Positions 47,138 to 56,306 of a stretch of 64,000 nucleotides of DNA are shown piece after piece. The stretch is from a virus. Below the pieces are notes generated by a model. The model was not told the origin of the DNA. It ran no database searches and worked only from the letters and a program-made list of their open reading frames with translations. The translations under genes were made by a program, and so were the position numbers. The first letter of the stretch is position 1. The number at the start of each line of letters is the position of its first letter. Location of the stretch: positions 13,358-77,357 of the IMG/VR virus record IMGVR_UViG_3300021437_000010; one strand, written 5' to 3'.

Positions 47138-47563
47138 ATGACAGATGCTATGGATGCAATCAAAATAGAGAGAAATAATACCGACAGATTACCACCAATA
47201 GACGAACAACCAACAATAATAGAAATGACTGCTATTGCTAAATCGCCTCCGATGACTACCGAAAAAATGACTGCGCAGATACTTACACCTCTACCAGAAA
47301 AGCAATCGCATATCAAGACAAGAGAGGTCTTATGCTTTGAAGTGCGCGACGCGCAAGCAAATACACTTGATTTGATAGAAGAAGTTATGGATATTTGTGC
47401 AAGAGAATTACACAAATATCCATTTAAAATAGCATTATCGACATTACGTTATTTGGCAATGTATGGACATATAGAATCAATAAATAAACAATCTAGCATC
47501 AAATTGGTGTGTGCCGATAACACGGCAGATTACGATGTTATGGCAATGTGTGAGGCAGAATGA
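47138..47563 (+). CDS. hypothetical protein
   Basis: Start MTDAM after AGGAG. Confidence 0.45.
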   Translation: MTDAMDAIKIERNNTDRLPPIDEQPTIIEMTAIAKSPPMTTEKMTAQILTPLPEKQSHIKTREVLCFEVRDAQANTLDLIEEVMDICARELHKYPFKIALSTLRYLAMYGHIESINKQSSIKLVCADNTADYDVMAMCEAE

Positions 47564-47996
47564 CAAATATTGTATTTTATCTTGCGCTAATATTAATAGA
47601 TGCATTGGCAATGATAGGCATGGCTCTCACTGCATACGCTGCAATATGGCTTCATTATCATGTCACAAAACAATAACGAGTATACGCGCTGTCTTCACAT
47701 TGGTGTATAATCGTCTTGACAAATCATTTTGAATACGGCATGCTATGAATGTACCACGAATGAGGTGCAAGAAACAGAAGTGAAAATGGAAAAACAATGG
47801 AAATTGCACTAGAAGAGCTAGAAGCAACAACAAAAGAGGTTTTCTTGTCTCATGGTCAGCCTTATGCGTTGAAGTTCCAAGGGCTAGACGGGAAATGTCC
47901 CGTGCTACCTTGTACCGGTATGTCAAAGAGGCTGAGCTGCCCACGTAATTATCAAATTTCTGCTCACAGAGTTCCAAAATTTACAAGGAGGCACCA

Positions 47997-48290
47997 ATGA
48001 GTAGTGAGGTAAAAAAATCTTGGGGAGGTAAACGCCCTGGTGCTGGTAGGGTCCCAGGACTTACAGAAGCAGAAGAACTGCATAGAGCGAAAGTAATTCA
48101 GAAGTTCTCGTATATGTCTGAGCTTTCAGACAAACTCCCAATACAGTTGATGCCTGTAGAAGTCCCTTGCCAATCGTCTGGATGCTTTAATATGACCGAA
48201 AAAGGCATATGGCAACTAGTACGAAAGGCTTGGAGTGTCAGGCCAATTTGCGACAAATGCATCAGAGGTTTGTCAGAAGAAGCAGAATAA
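47997..48290 (+). CDS. hypothetical protein
   Basis: WGGKRPGAGR motif and Cys pairs. Confidence 0.55.
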   Translation: MSSEVKKSWGGKRPGAGRVPGLTEAEELHRAKVIQKFSYMSELSDKLPIQLMPVEVPCQSSGCFNMTEKGIWQLVRKAWSVRPICDKCIRGLSEEAE

Positions 48291-48426
48291 TGTATTCGCT
48301 CCAAGCGTATTGCCTCGAAAACTACGCGCTTGGAGCTAACACAAGACAAACCATTGCTTGCCTAGGCTACCTAGATTTTAACAGTCTGGTCGCCTCTATG
48401 CAAGCTCTCGCAAAAGGAGACCAGAA

Positions 48427-49176
48427 TTGAAAGAGTTACAAATAGTCGAGTACAAAGGTACACGTATCCTGACAACAGCACAATCAGCTGAGTTCCTTGG
48501 GACCGATGTCCAACTTATTGTTAATAACTTTAACCGCAACAAAGGCCACTATACACTAGGAGAAGATTACTTTGCACTAGAGGGAAAAGAGAAAACAGAG
48601 TTCTTAAAGAACCTACCCCAAAATGATTTAGGTTCAAAGCACGCTAAAATTCTTTACCTCTGGACAGAGTTCGGCGTCATGCTGCATGTCAAATCCATAA
48701 ACACTGATGAAGCATGGAGAGCATACAAAATAATGCTGCGTGACTACTTTAGATTGGTGGCAAAGGAAAAGCAGTCTCAGCAAGAGCAGATCTTCACGAA
48801 GGATGTACAGTCACGCTGCATAGCTAATGAGAAACTCTTGAAGGTTGGTTTCTGGTGTGTAGTGACAGAGATGTGGAGAGAGGCTTGGACACTTGAAGCA
48901 TTTCAAAAAGAGCTAAAGCCTAGTAGCTTACCGGACGGATCGTGTGGCACAAAGTGGAGAAACCACCTTAAGGATATTAATCATCCACTCCTATGCAAGA
49001 GCTATCAGGCCTTCTTGCACATTCCAAACAATAAAAACCTGTTTAAGGTGTGGGTATACCCTGATGCCTTACTCTTTGAGTTTCGTAAGTGGTTGCGAGT
49101 TGAGTATGCAGAATACTACAAGAAGGACTACTCACCGTCACGATTGAAAGGCACTGACAACAAACAGATCAGCTAG
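48427..49176 (+). CDS. ORF6N (KilA-N) domain antirepressor-like protein
   Basis: IVEYKGTRILTTAQ..NFNRNK.HY..GEDYFALEG and LYLWTEFG. Confidence 0.85.
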   Translation: MKELQIVEYKGTRILTTAQSAEFLGTDVQLIVNNFNRNKGHYTLGEDYFALEGKEKTEFLKNLPQNDLGSKHAKILYLWTEFGVMLHVKSINTDEAWRAYKIMLRDYFRLVAKEKQSQQEQIFTKDVQSRCIANEKLLKVGFWCVVTEMWREAWTLEAFQKELKPSSLPDGSCGTKWRNHLKDINHPLLCKSYQAFLHIPNNKNLFKVWVYPDALLFEFRKWLRVEYAEYYKKDYSPSRLKGTDNKQIS

Positions 49177-49191
49177 CGGCTAACTCATTCT

Positions 49192-49225
49192 TCCCCTTGC
49201 ACATCTTGCAGGGGGATTTTTATTT
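49192..49225 (+). terminator. rho-independent terminator ending the rightward operon
   Basis: TCCCCTTGCA-CATCT-TGCAGGGGGA-TTTTTATTT. Confidence 0.8.
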
Positions 49226-49684
49226 GACAATTACAGCAAATACTAGCTTTAGCGCATAAATCAAAAATATGGCGGACATGATCACTGTGCATACAATAAC
49301 ATAATTGCGGTTTGATAATATTGTTTCAGATATCTGATGTGGCGAAGGCAGCTTCTTTGCTTTGTCCCACGATTGAGGGTAGTGCGTCACTTTATGAATA
49401 GCAGGAGGCACAGTAGGAAGAGGAGATGTGTTTGACTTGTGAAAGTCTTTATTTATCTGGCGGGAGATAGTCGCAGGATCGTAAAGATCCTCTTGAGGCT
49501 TAAATTGGTTCATGGCTTTTTCTCCATAGAGAGAGATTGACGGTTGATTGATCATAATGCGCACTTTTCTCAGCATTGTTTGGTCGAGTAATTTCTGGTT
49601 GCGTTTTCTTGCACGCATAGTATTTTGCTCAGTCGATATACGCCTCCATTGTAGCATACAAGCCAGTTCAGGACAAGAGAGCAC
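49220..49684 (-). CDS. hypothetical protein with C-terminal transmembrane helix (true start probably downstream)
   Basis: Hydrophobic C-terminus YVIVCTVIMSAIFLIYAL. Confidence 0.4.
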   Translation of the reverse strand: MLSCPELACMLQWRRISTEQNTMRARKRNQKLLDQTMLRKVRIMINQPSISLYGEKAMNQFKPQEDLYDPATISRQINKDFHKSNTSPLPTVPPAIHKVTHYPQSWDKAKKLPSPHQISETILSNRNYVIVCTVIMSAIFLIYALKLVFAVIVK

Positions 49685-49716
49685 GCCACGATAAACGACC
49701 CTCTTGCTTGCTTCTG

Positions 49717-50481
49717 CTAAGCACCAACTGATTTTATTGTCCAGAAGTCTGATGACAATCCCCTGTTAAGGAGATATTGGTAGTCTAGGTAGAAATACCC
49801 TTGATCACCCCAGTTGCCCCAACTATTGCGACATGTAAATCTGCTAGTGCTGTCATCATATCCCACTGCAAGTACCGCATGTCCTCCTAATACACTCTCA
49901 CCTCGTGTTGGCATAGGCACTATTCCCGTGCTTGCCACTTCTGCACTTTCAAAGCTTTGGTAGACAGTGAAGCCCAGGACAAACGGATAACCACTCGCCA
50001 AGCATCCTTTCATCTGGCCAAGATTTTGAGCAATACGCTGGTAGGAGAGTGCTCTATCCCGTAGCGCGTCTTGATAACACTGGGCAGGCGGAGTGACCGT
50101 GAATTGTGAGATATCATATGGCCATTCATTCTCTGGACAAACACCTTGAGAGTTTACGCTTTTTATACCATCACGTATTTGAGCGCCGCTATCACTGTCT
50201 ATTGTTCCTTCCATATCTCTCTCATTGTAGTAAATGTACAGCCTCGATGGCATGAAGCATAGTGTATTCTGCTTCATCTGGTCGAACTCAATAGCCGCCG
50301 CAATGGCATTTGCTGTACAGGAGCCCAACTGTCCTTGATCATAGACGAGCGGACACTGCGGTCTCAAGTCAACGCGGGGCGGCAGCGCTTGTAGATGTTC
50401 GATTGGGGCAGAATAGATATGGTCGCGATGATCGGCAAGGTCCCTGATATATCCGTAGAAGTGTTTGTTCTTGACTTTCAT
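49717..50481 (-). CDS. C1A (papain-like) cysteine peptidase
   Basis: Catalytic motifs DQGQLGSCTANA, GGHAVLAVGY and RNSWG. Confidence 0.9.
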   Translation of the reverse strand: MKVKNKHFYGYIRDLADHRDHIYSAPIEHLQALPPRVDLRPQCPLVYDQGQLGSCTANAIAAAIEFDQMKQNTLCFMPSRLYIYYNERDMEGTIDSDSGAQIRDGIKSVNSQGVCPENEWPYDISQFTVTPPAQCYQDALRDRALSYQRIAQNLGQMKGCLASGYPFVLGFTVYQSFESAEVASTGIVPMPTRGESVLGGHAVLAVGYDDSTSRFTCRNSWGNWGDQGYFYLDYQYLLNRGLSSDFWTIKSVGA

Positions 50482-50490
50482 GCTGCCTCC

Positions 50491-50967
50491 TTAGTGAATG
50501 ACTATAGACTTCCAATTCGTTGCAATCTCAGTTTGTGCTTCTTTTAGTGGCATCTTACCACTGCACACCTGAGCATGCAGAAAATTCTCAATTTGATCTT
50601 TTATATGTGCATTGTATGGTCCCGCGTATAGTTCAGGCCATAGGTTCTTTATATCATTTGATCCTCCAATTTCTAAGCTTATCAGGTGATCAACTTCATA
50701 TTGTCCTGGTGTATGTGTTGTGATATTATACTCCGCATACACCTGATCTTTCTCAGATTGTGGCACATTGCGCACTGACTGGGTATATCCAGGTGTGCAG
50801 ATCTGAGCAGTTGTTACATTCGGGAAGATAGATCCTGGCGTGCACCGAAGGTCTGGTAGCCCGTTTTGAGCCGAGCAATGTGACTGAACCAATTGCACAT
50901 TTTGTTGTTGTTCAACTCCACAGCTAGAGATGATGAGGAAGAGAGCTAACAGAATAAAATACTTCAT
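50491..50967 (-). CDS. lipoprotein with HNH-like domain
   Basis: Signal peptide with lipobox ISSC; YEVDHLISLEIGGSNDIKNLWPE. Confidence 0.75.
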   Translation of the reverse strand: MKYFILLALFLIISSCGVEQQQNVQLVQSHCSAQNGLPDLRCTPGSIFPNVTTAQICTPGYTQSVRNVPQSEKDQVYAEYNITTHTPGQYEVDHLISLEIGGSNDIKNLWPELYAGPYNAHIKDQIENFLHAQVCSGKMPLKEAQTEIATNWKSIVIH

Positions 50968-50984
50968 AATAGGCGTTTCCCCTC

Positions 50985-51251
50985 TCACTTAGGTAGGAAA
51001 TGTAGCACAAGATAACCGATAACAGCCGTTGCTGTAACTGCTAACACCCACTGAACTATATCATTCCTCATTTTTAGACGTTCAAGGATCTTACCAACGA
51101 TGATTTCATTTTTTCGTATATCTCTGATATCATCATCGTGTACTTCAGATCTTTTCATCATTTGTTTGAGCTGCTCGTCTGTTCTGATTTGCAGCTCTAC
51201 TATCTTCTCTAGGAGATGATCGTGTTGGTCAATTCTTGGGTCGGGCATCAC
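50985..51251 (-). CDS. XhlA-like coiled-coil plus TM protein (holin-associated candidate)
   Basis: Coiled coil then one C-terminal TM helix; in the lysis cluster. Confidence 0.5.
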   Translation of the reverse strand: MMPDPRIDQHDHLLEKIVELQIRTDEQLKQMMKRSEVHDDDIRDIRKNEIIVGKILERLKMRNDIVQWVLAVTATAVIGYLVLHFLPK

Positions 51252-51424
51252 TGCACTGCCGACAATTTTACAATCTGCGCTGCAAGCGTGTTGATCTGTA
51301 GTAAGTTTTTTGCTGCGGGCAATTGCTGCAATGTCGTGATCTCGTCCTGTAATGCAATAATTTCTTGTTTTAATTGCTCGTTTTCAGTTTGTAATTGTGT
51401 GATTAGATCTTTGTCAATGTTCAT
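51248..51424 (-). CDS. small coiled-coil protein (not in ORF track)
   Basis: AGGAGG RBS; MNIDKDLITQLQTENEQLKQEII..., 58 aa; stop overlaps the next start. Confidence 0.6.
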   Translation of the reverse strand: MNIDKDLITQLQTENEQLKQEIIALQDEITTLQQLPAAKNLLQINTLAAQIVKLSAVQ

Positions 51425-51442
51425 GTTAAAAACCTCCTAAAC

Positions 51443-51539
51443 TTGCTTGTAGAGCCATTTTGTGGTATACTGATGAGGTCAAATTGACATGGTTTTGCCC
51501 CCGCGTAATTACAATTACCGGAGGCGTGATAACAAGGAG
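51443..51539 (+). promoter_or_regulatory. conserved promoter and structured leader, copy E1
   Basis: TTGCTT-17-TATACT, GAGGTCAAATTGACATG, 29-nt bulged hairpin, GTGATAACA; matches 56198-56294. Confidence 0.85.
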
Positions 51540-51551
51540 TTCACCCAAGTT

Positions 51552-52586
51552 ATGCCTAACAGTATACCAGAAAAGCCTACTCAGTGCGCATTCGATTTTG
51601 AAGCGCTTACCGTTCAATCTTCTGAACAGGAAGTTTATAAATTTACTGAGCTTCATCCTCCCTCTATGAAGCAGTGTACTAGATGTAAGAAGCACAAACC
51701 TGCGACGACTGAGTTTTTTAACCGCAAGAGAAAGACATCCCTTAATTCTTGGTGTAAACAGTGTATGACTGAATACATGAGAGAGAAGCGCGGGACCCCT
51801 GAACCTCCTCCTGATGGATACAAACAGTGCAGTGTGTGCAAGCAAGTTAAACCCGCTACACGTGAGTTCTTTGAACGTAGCAGGACATTTCAACGTCAGA
51901 GAGAGTCGAAATGCCGTCAATGTCAAGAACGAATTGCAATTGACAACCGTGAAGATTCGCAGCAATCTTTGAGACAATGTAGTGCATGTGAAAAGTGGAA
52001 ACCAGCCACCATTGAGTTTTTTCACCAACGCAATGCCAGGAAATCGGGGCTGTCTTCTTGGTGTATAGACTGTCATCTTGGATACAACCAAGCGCATATA
52101 GAGAAACGCACGCAATACAATTTTGATTATCGTCAAACGCACAAAGAAGAGGCGCGTTTGAGCCTTAAGCGATGGAAGGAAAACAACAAGGAATACATCA
52201 GAACACGCAGTAGGAGATATTATATAGAAAACAAGGAACGGATGAATGAACATGGAAAGCAACACTATCGGTCTCATAGAGAACAAAGGAAAGCACTCAA
52301 TCGCAACCGACGCGCTCGCAAGAAAGCAATTCCTGGCACACTGACTGCTTCGCAGGTACAGCATAAGCTGCGATTGCAGCATTTCCGATGTTACTATTGT
52401 TCTGCTAAGTTTGAGAGAAAAAATGGTAAGTACATCTACCATCTTGACCATATTGTTCCTCTTTCCCGCCCAGAAGCAGGGCCACGTCACGATATGTCTT
52501 CTACTGCTATTGCTTGTCCTTGTTGTAACTTGAGTAAAGGGACAAAGCTGCCTCACGAGTGGCCTAATGGAGGTAGGCTTCTTTAA
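51552..52586 (+). CDS. freestanding HNH endonuclease with three N-terminal Zn-ribbon repeats
   Basis: Three QC..C...KPAT.EFF...S.C..C repeats; CYYC, HLDHIVPLS and CPCCNLSKG; antisense to flanking genes. Confidence 0.85.
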   Translation: MPNSIPEKPTQCAFDFEALTVQSSEQEVYKFTELHPPSMKQCTRCKKHKPATTEFFNRKRKTSLNSWCKQCMTEYMREKRGTPEPPPDGYKQCSVCKQVKPATREFFERSRTFQRQRESKCRQCQERIAIDNREDSQQSLRQCSACEKWKPATIEFFHQRNARKSGLSSWCIDCHLGYNQAHIEKRTQYNFDYRQTHKEEARLSLKRWKENNKEYIRTRSRRYYIENKERMNEHGKQHYRSHREQRKALNRNRRARKKAIPGTLTASQVQHKLRLQHFRCYYCSAKFERKNGKYIYHLDHIVPLSRPEAGPRHDMSSTAIACPCCNLSKGTKLPHEWPNGGRLL

Positions 52587-53548
52587 GAGCTAGCGAGTTG
52601 TTTGATCTGCGCTAACTTAGTCTGTTCAGCTTGAAGTTCTTGAGCTAGCGTAGATTGTTGTAAAGACGCAATTTTCCCTTGCAGTATAGTGATCTGGGGG
52701 TCTTGTCCAACTCCTGAATCGATATGTGCCATATATACGGGACCCGTAGATCCAGGTGGGTTATCTATCAATCTGCTTGGATCATAAATAAGTACCCCTC
52801 TTTCAAATCTTTGATATACTGTGCCTATCTTGCCTGCAATACCATTTTCTACCCCTGTAGGAAGACCGAGATGAGTAAGACCACATAAGGCATCTCCACC
52901 AAACTTGCGGTAAAAGTCTAGTATCGCATGCCCAATAACAAAGCCGTTTTTACATGTCCACATTGTATTATCGGTGCCTGAAAAGTGGCTGGCTACTGTT
53001 GGATTAGTTAAATCTATTGTCATAGGTTGGTCTCCTCCATTTAAGTAAGTCCAGAGAGCATTCCAGTCCAGAGCCCCTGGACATCTAGCGCGATTTATTG
53101 GGTCGATGGATGCATGGGGAGCTATACCAGTATTGTTATCAGCTTCATGCATACCTATGCCGTTCCGTTGGCAGATGTCTTTTATGAGTGCAAAACTTGA
53201 TTTTTGCTGTTCTGGAGTAAGAGCATTTGAATTATCGGTTGATAATTTTACGTGCTCTATACTGATAGTATAGTAATTCGGGTTTCCAGTCCAATTAGGA
53301 TTGTTTACGACACCGTTAGCATAGCTTCCATCCTTCTCACTAATGGTTTGTACTACAGTTCCATCTTGACCTACAATGTAATGTGAGCTTACAGGCTCAC
53401 TCCCACCTTCAGTGCTTTTGAAATAATCTGCAATGCCTTGGGCACTAGACCCGCCAGCAGTACCGTGAACTATTATAAAGCTTTTCTTGCCTGTGTCGGG
53501 GAAGAAGTTATTATTAGGGGACCATATGGCACTAGGATAATCAGGCAT
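52583..53548 (-). CDS. N-acetylmuramoyl-L-alanine amidase (Amidase_2) endolysin with LGFP-like repeat
   Basis: IIVHGTAG, SSHYIVG, ISIEH and PHASI..RCPG; LGLPTGVE..VYQRFERG. Confidence 0.9.
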   Translation of the reverse strand: MPDYPSAIWSPNNNFFPDTGKKSFIIVHGTAGGSSAQGIADYFKSTEGGSEPVSSHYIVGQDGTVVQTISEKDGSYANGVVNNPNWTGNPNYYTISIEHVKLSTDNSNALTPEQQKSSFALIKDICQRNGIGMHEADNNTGIAPHASIDPINRARCPGALDWNALWTYLNGGDQPMTIDLTNPTVASHFSGTDNTMWTCKNGFVIGHAILDFYRKFGGDALCGLTHLGLPTGVENGIAGKIGTVYQRFERGVLIYDPSRLIDNPPGSTGPVYMAHIDSGVGQDPQITILQGKIASLQQSTLAQELQAEQTKLAQIKQLASS

Positions 53549-53753
53549 TAGTTTGCTCCTTCTGCACAGTTACGCGCTCAATAGGTGGCATCACTGCATT
53601 TTGCACTATCTCTCCAGGTGATTTGAACCACCATCCTATCACTATTGCCGCTATAGCAATAACTGTCTCTTTTGAGCTTGGAGATATCCAAACAAGAAAG
53701 CTGCAAAAGACAATCACCATCGCGCTTACAGCAGCATACGGCCAAAGGTTCAT
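53541..53753 (-). CDS. putative holin
   Basis: 70 aa, two TM segments, adjacent to the endolysin. Confidence 0.6.
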   Translation of the reverse strand: MNLWPYAAVSAMVIVFCSFLVWISPSSKETVIAIAAIVIGWWFKSPGEIVQNAVMPPIERVTVQKEQTNA

Positions 53754-53764
53754 ATTTCCTCCTT

Positions 53765-54094
53765 TTATGGTATGCATTCCCATATTCCAAATTTCAAAGT
53801 TCGTTGCGATGTTGTGCCTTTCTTGGCAACAACTCTTGTGTCATTCATTCCAGTCAATGCAGCATCAGCAGATGACAACGTGTACGTTATTTGCGCTGGA
53901 TTTCCGCCACTGGCTGCTACTAGATTGCTAAATGTACCTGTGCCGTTTGTTGCTTGTTTATTCGAAATATTGATCATCACAAGTGTAAAGTCAGTTGTTG
54001 CTAGTCCTGTGATGTCAAAATTACCGCTATCAGGCACTAAGCTAAATGTCCATGGTGGCTTGCCATCTCCTTGGTTCCATGGTGAGATGCCCAT
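53765..54094 (-). CDS. putative virion structural protein (BppU/Ig-like)
   Basis: Beta-rich, in the late operon; GD.KPPWTFSL, ITYTLSSAD. Confidence 0.5.
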   Translation of the reverse strand: MGISPWNQGDGKPPWTFSLVPDSGNFDITGLATTDFTLVMINISNKQATNGTGTFSNLVAASGGNPAQITYTLSSADAALTGMNDTRVVAKKGTTSQRTLKFGIWECIP

Positions 54095-54095
54095 A

Positions 54096-55829
54096 TTATG
54101 CTCCTTTCAGTATAGCTATGCCGTCATGTGTATTGCCTGTTAAAATACCGTCGCGCGTATTGCCCAATGCTGATCCATCACGACCATAGCCAACTGCCAA
54201 AATAATTATTGTTGGCAATACCGCCAATTGTGATAGCGATCCACTATCATTGCTGATATTCGACTCAACACCTGAATACGTGTCTAAAAATACTGCGATA
54301 TCTACAGCGTTTAATGCTTCGATTGGAATATATATACTCGATATGATGAGTATGTCTGAGCCTGTGCTGACATCAACTCTCCAACTCTGCATGCCACCAA
54401 AATCAATACCCACCGAGCTGTCCGTGCCGTTCATATTGTTGGTTGTAATCCCTGCCGATTGCTGTGTAAGGCCACCGCTGCTTGCATCATCGATAGTATT
54501 ACTCTCTATGAGGATAGTATTATCGATAGCTAGTAGGCTGTCTGCACCCGACAAAGCCTCTACACCGTTCTGCTGCACGCCATTAATATCAGAGCCCGTA
54601 CTAGCATCAACAGTCCATTGCTGAATACTGCCCAGGTCACTAACAGAATTGTTCTCAATTAGTACGGCCGTATCTATAAATATTGAGTCATCAATGCCAG
54701 TATTGTTTTCTGTGAGTACTGTATTTACAGTATAAAGAGTATTATCTGAAATAGTATTGTTATCAATGAGGATTGTACTGGCCGTGGCTAATAAGTTGTC
54801 TGTTCCTGTAAGCGTATCGATCCCACCTTGCTGCATGCCGCCGACATCATTAGTTGTATTACTCTCTACAAAGACGGTGTTGTTTATAACAAGCAAAATA
54901 TCAGATACGGTGTTATTGTCCGTAAATACGGTATTGTAAATATAGAGTGTAGAGTCGGAAATAGTATTATTTTCAACAAGATTTGTGTTCTCAATTGCCA
55001 AGAGGCTATCAGCTCCAATATTGTTCTCGATCAAGACAGCATTATCAGTAAATAGGAGGCTATCTACTCCTGTAAGTGCCTCTATTCCCCATTGCTGTGT
55101 TCCTGATACATCACTTCCCGTAAGCGCTTCTATCCCTGATTGTTGAATACCGCCCACATCTGACCCAGTAAGTGCATCGACTCCCCAACTCTGCATGCCA
55201 CCAAGATCACTGCCTGTGTTGCTATCCGTGCCTGACATGGTGTTTGTGGTAACACCGCTGCCGTTATCGGTGACAGTCAGATGGTCGTAATATCCTGTTC
55301 CGCCTCCTGGTTGGAAGTATGCTCCATAGCGACCGGCGGCGGAGAAAGTTGAATCAGTCACGCTCAACTGCGGTGTGCCTGGTTCGCTATTTCCATCAAG
55401 CCACACAGTTGCACTAAGTGAGGTATTGGATAACACCATGCGTATCCAACAATATTGGTTTGCGCCGTATGAGAAACTTGTGTTGGCAAGATTTGTGTGC
55501 GCATTTGATACAATCTTATCAAGATTGAACGTCTGACTATGTAAATAGGCCAGATAACCGTTAACTCCAGATGAGTAACGGCCAAACACTCCGATATTTG
55601 TACCATTGGAGTCAGTGGCACAACGTATAAGAATATTGACGGGTGCAGACGTACCGGAGCTTATTTGAGCATAGAGATCATTTCCTACTACAGCGGTTCC
55701 TTCGTTAGAGGCAATATTCGTTGTGCTGACCACGCCAGACGTATCCATGGTATAAGTCGATCCATCACTGGCAGTACCCCAACCGCTTTGGTTTGTACGA
55801 ATAAATGTATCAGTTGCAAGTGTTGTCAT
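54096..55829 (-). CDS. virion/tail protein with N-terminal ConA-like lectin domain and 16/18-aa Asp/Asn repeats
   Basis: Repeats GSD.GG.Q.W..(D/E)ALT and ..D.....N.....(D/E)NN; start set to MTTLATD. Confidence 0.65.
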   Translation of the reverse strand: MTTLATDTFIRTNQSGWGTASDGSTYTMDTSGVVSTTNIASNEGTAVVGNDLYAQISSGTSAPVNILIRCATDSNGTNIGVFGRYSSGVNGYLAYLHSQTFNLDKIVSNAHTNLANTSFSYGANQYCWIRMVLSNTSLSATVWLDGNSEPGTPQLSVTDSTFSAAGRYGAYFQPGGGTGYYDHLTVTDNGSGVTTNTMSGTDSNTGSDLGGMQSWGVDALTGSDVGGIQQSGIEALTGSDVSGTQQWGIEALTGVDSLLFTDNAVLIENNIGADSLLAIENTNLVENNTISDSTLYIYNTVFTDNNTVSDILLVINNTVFVESNTTNDVGGMQQGGIDTLTGTDNLLATASTILIDNNTISDNTLYTVNTVLTENNTGIDDSIFIDTAVLIENNSVSDLGSIQQWTVDASTGSDINGVQQNGVEALSGADSLLAIDNTILIESNTIDDASSGGLTQQSAGITTNNMNGTDSSVGIDFGGMQSWRVDVSTGSDILIISSIYIPIEALNAVDIAVFLDTYSGVESNISNDSGSLSQLAVLPTIIILAVGYGRDGSALGNTRDGILTGNTHDGIAILKGA

Positions 55830-55898
55830 ATTGCCTCCTTTCTTCTCATATTTGCTATAAATGAGTGCACAGGAACGCCATGCACTCATTGCTCTTTT

Positions 55899-56117
55899 CT
55901 AGCTAATCTTTATTGTTACATGATGCCCTACAAGATTTTTAATAGCCGTAAGAGCTTCTACAGGTGCGTTGTACCAACGCCACACAATGGTTGTAGGCGA
56001 GCTATTCACAAGTTCGCATCCTTTGCCATCATGCTCAGCATGGATAGTTGATCGTATCGCATCGGTATTTGCGGTAACGATAATATGTTCTGTCGGTGTT
56101 GGTACGGTTTCTGGCAT
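55899..56117 (-). CDS. hypothetical late protein
   Basis: 72 aa with AAGGAG RBS. Confidence 0.5.
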   Translation of the reverse strand: MPETVPTPTEHIIVTANTDAIRSTIHAEHDGKGCELVNSSPTTIVWRWYNAPVEALTAIKNLVGHHVTIKIS

Positions 56118-56197
56118 TGTAAACTCCTTATGTTCTAATTAATTGGAATGTGTCGAGTGAAAAGCAACGTTGAAAAGGCCGTAAATAGGCGGAGATG

Positions 56198-56294
56198 TTG
56201 CTTTAGTGGCTGACTTGTGGTATACTGAAGAGGTCAAATTGACATGTGTTTGGCCCAGCGATGCTGAAACATCCTGAGCCGTGATAACAGAAAG
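56198..56294 (+). promoter_or_regulatory. conserved promoter and structured leader, copy E2
   Basis: TTGCTT-17-TATACT, GAGGTCAAATTGACATG, 29-nt bulged hairpin with compensatory changes versus E1, GTGATAACA. Confidence 0.85.
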
Positions 56295-56306
56295 TTGGTT
56301 TCTGCT

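Noticed and set aside
51470-51495. CTGA(T/A)GA in E1/E2, and CTGATGA after the 10.6/11.2-kb hairpins, resembling a hammerhead ribozyme core
   Set aside because: No GAAA after a stem II and no correctly placed NUH site; in E1/E2 the motif overlaps the -10 box
51426-52556. 376-aa minus-strand ORF
   Set aside because: Antisense to the motif-bearing HNH gene, with no recognisable domain
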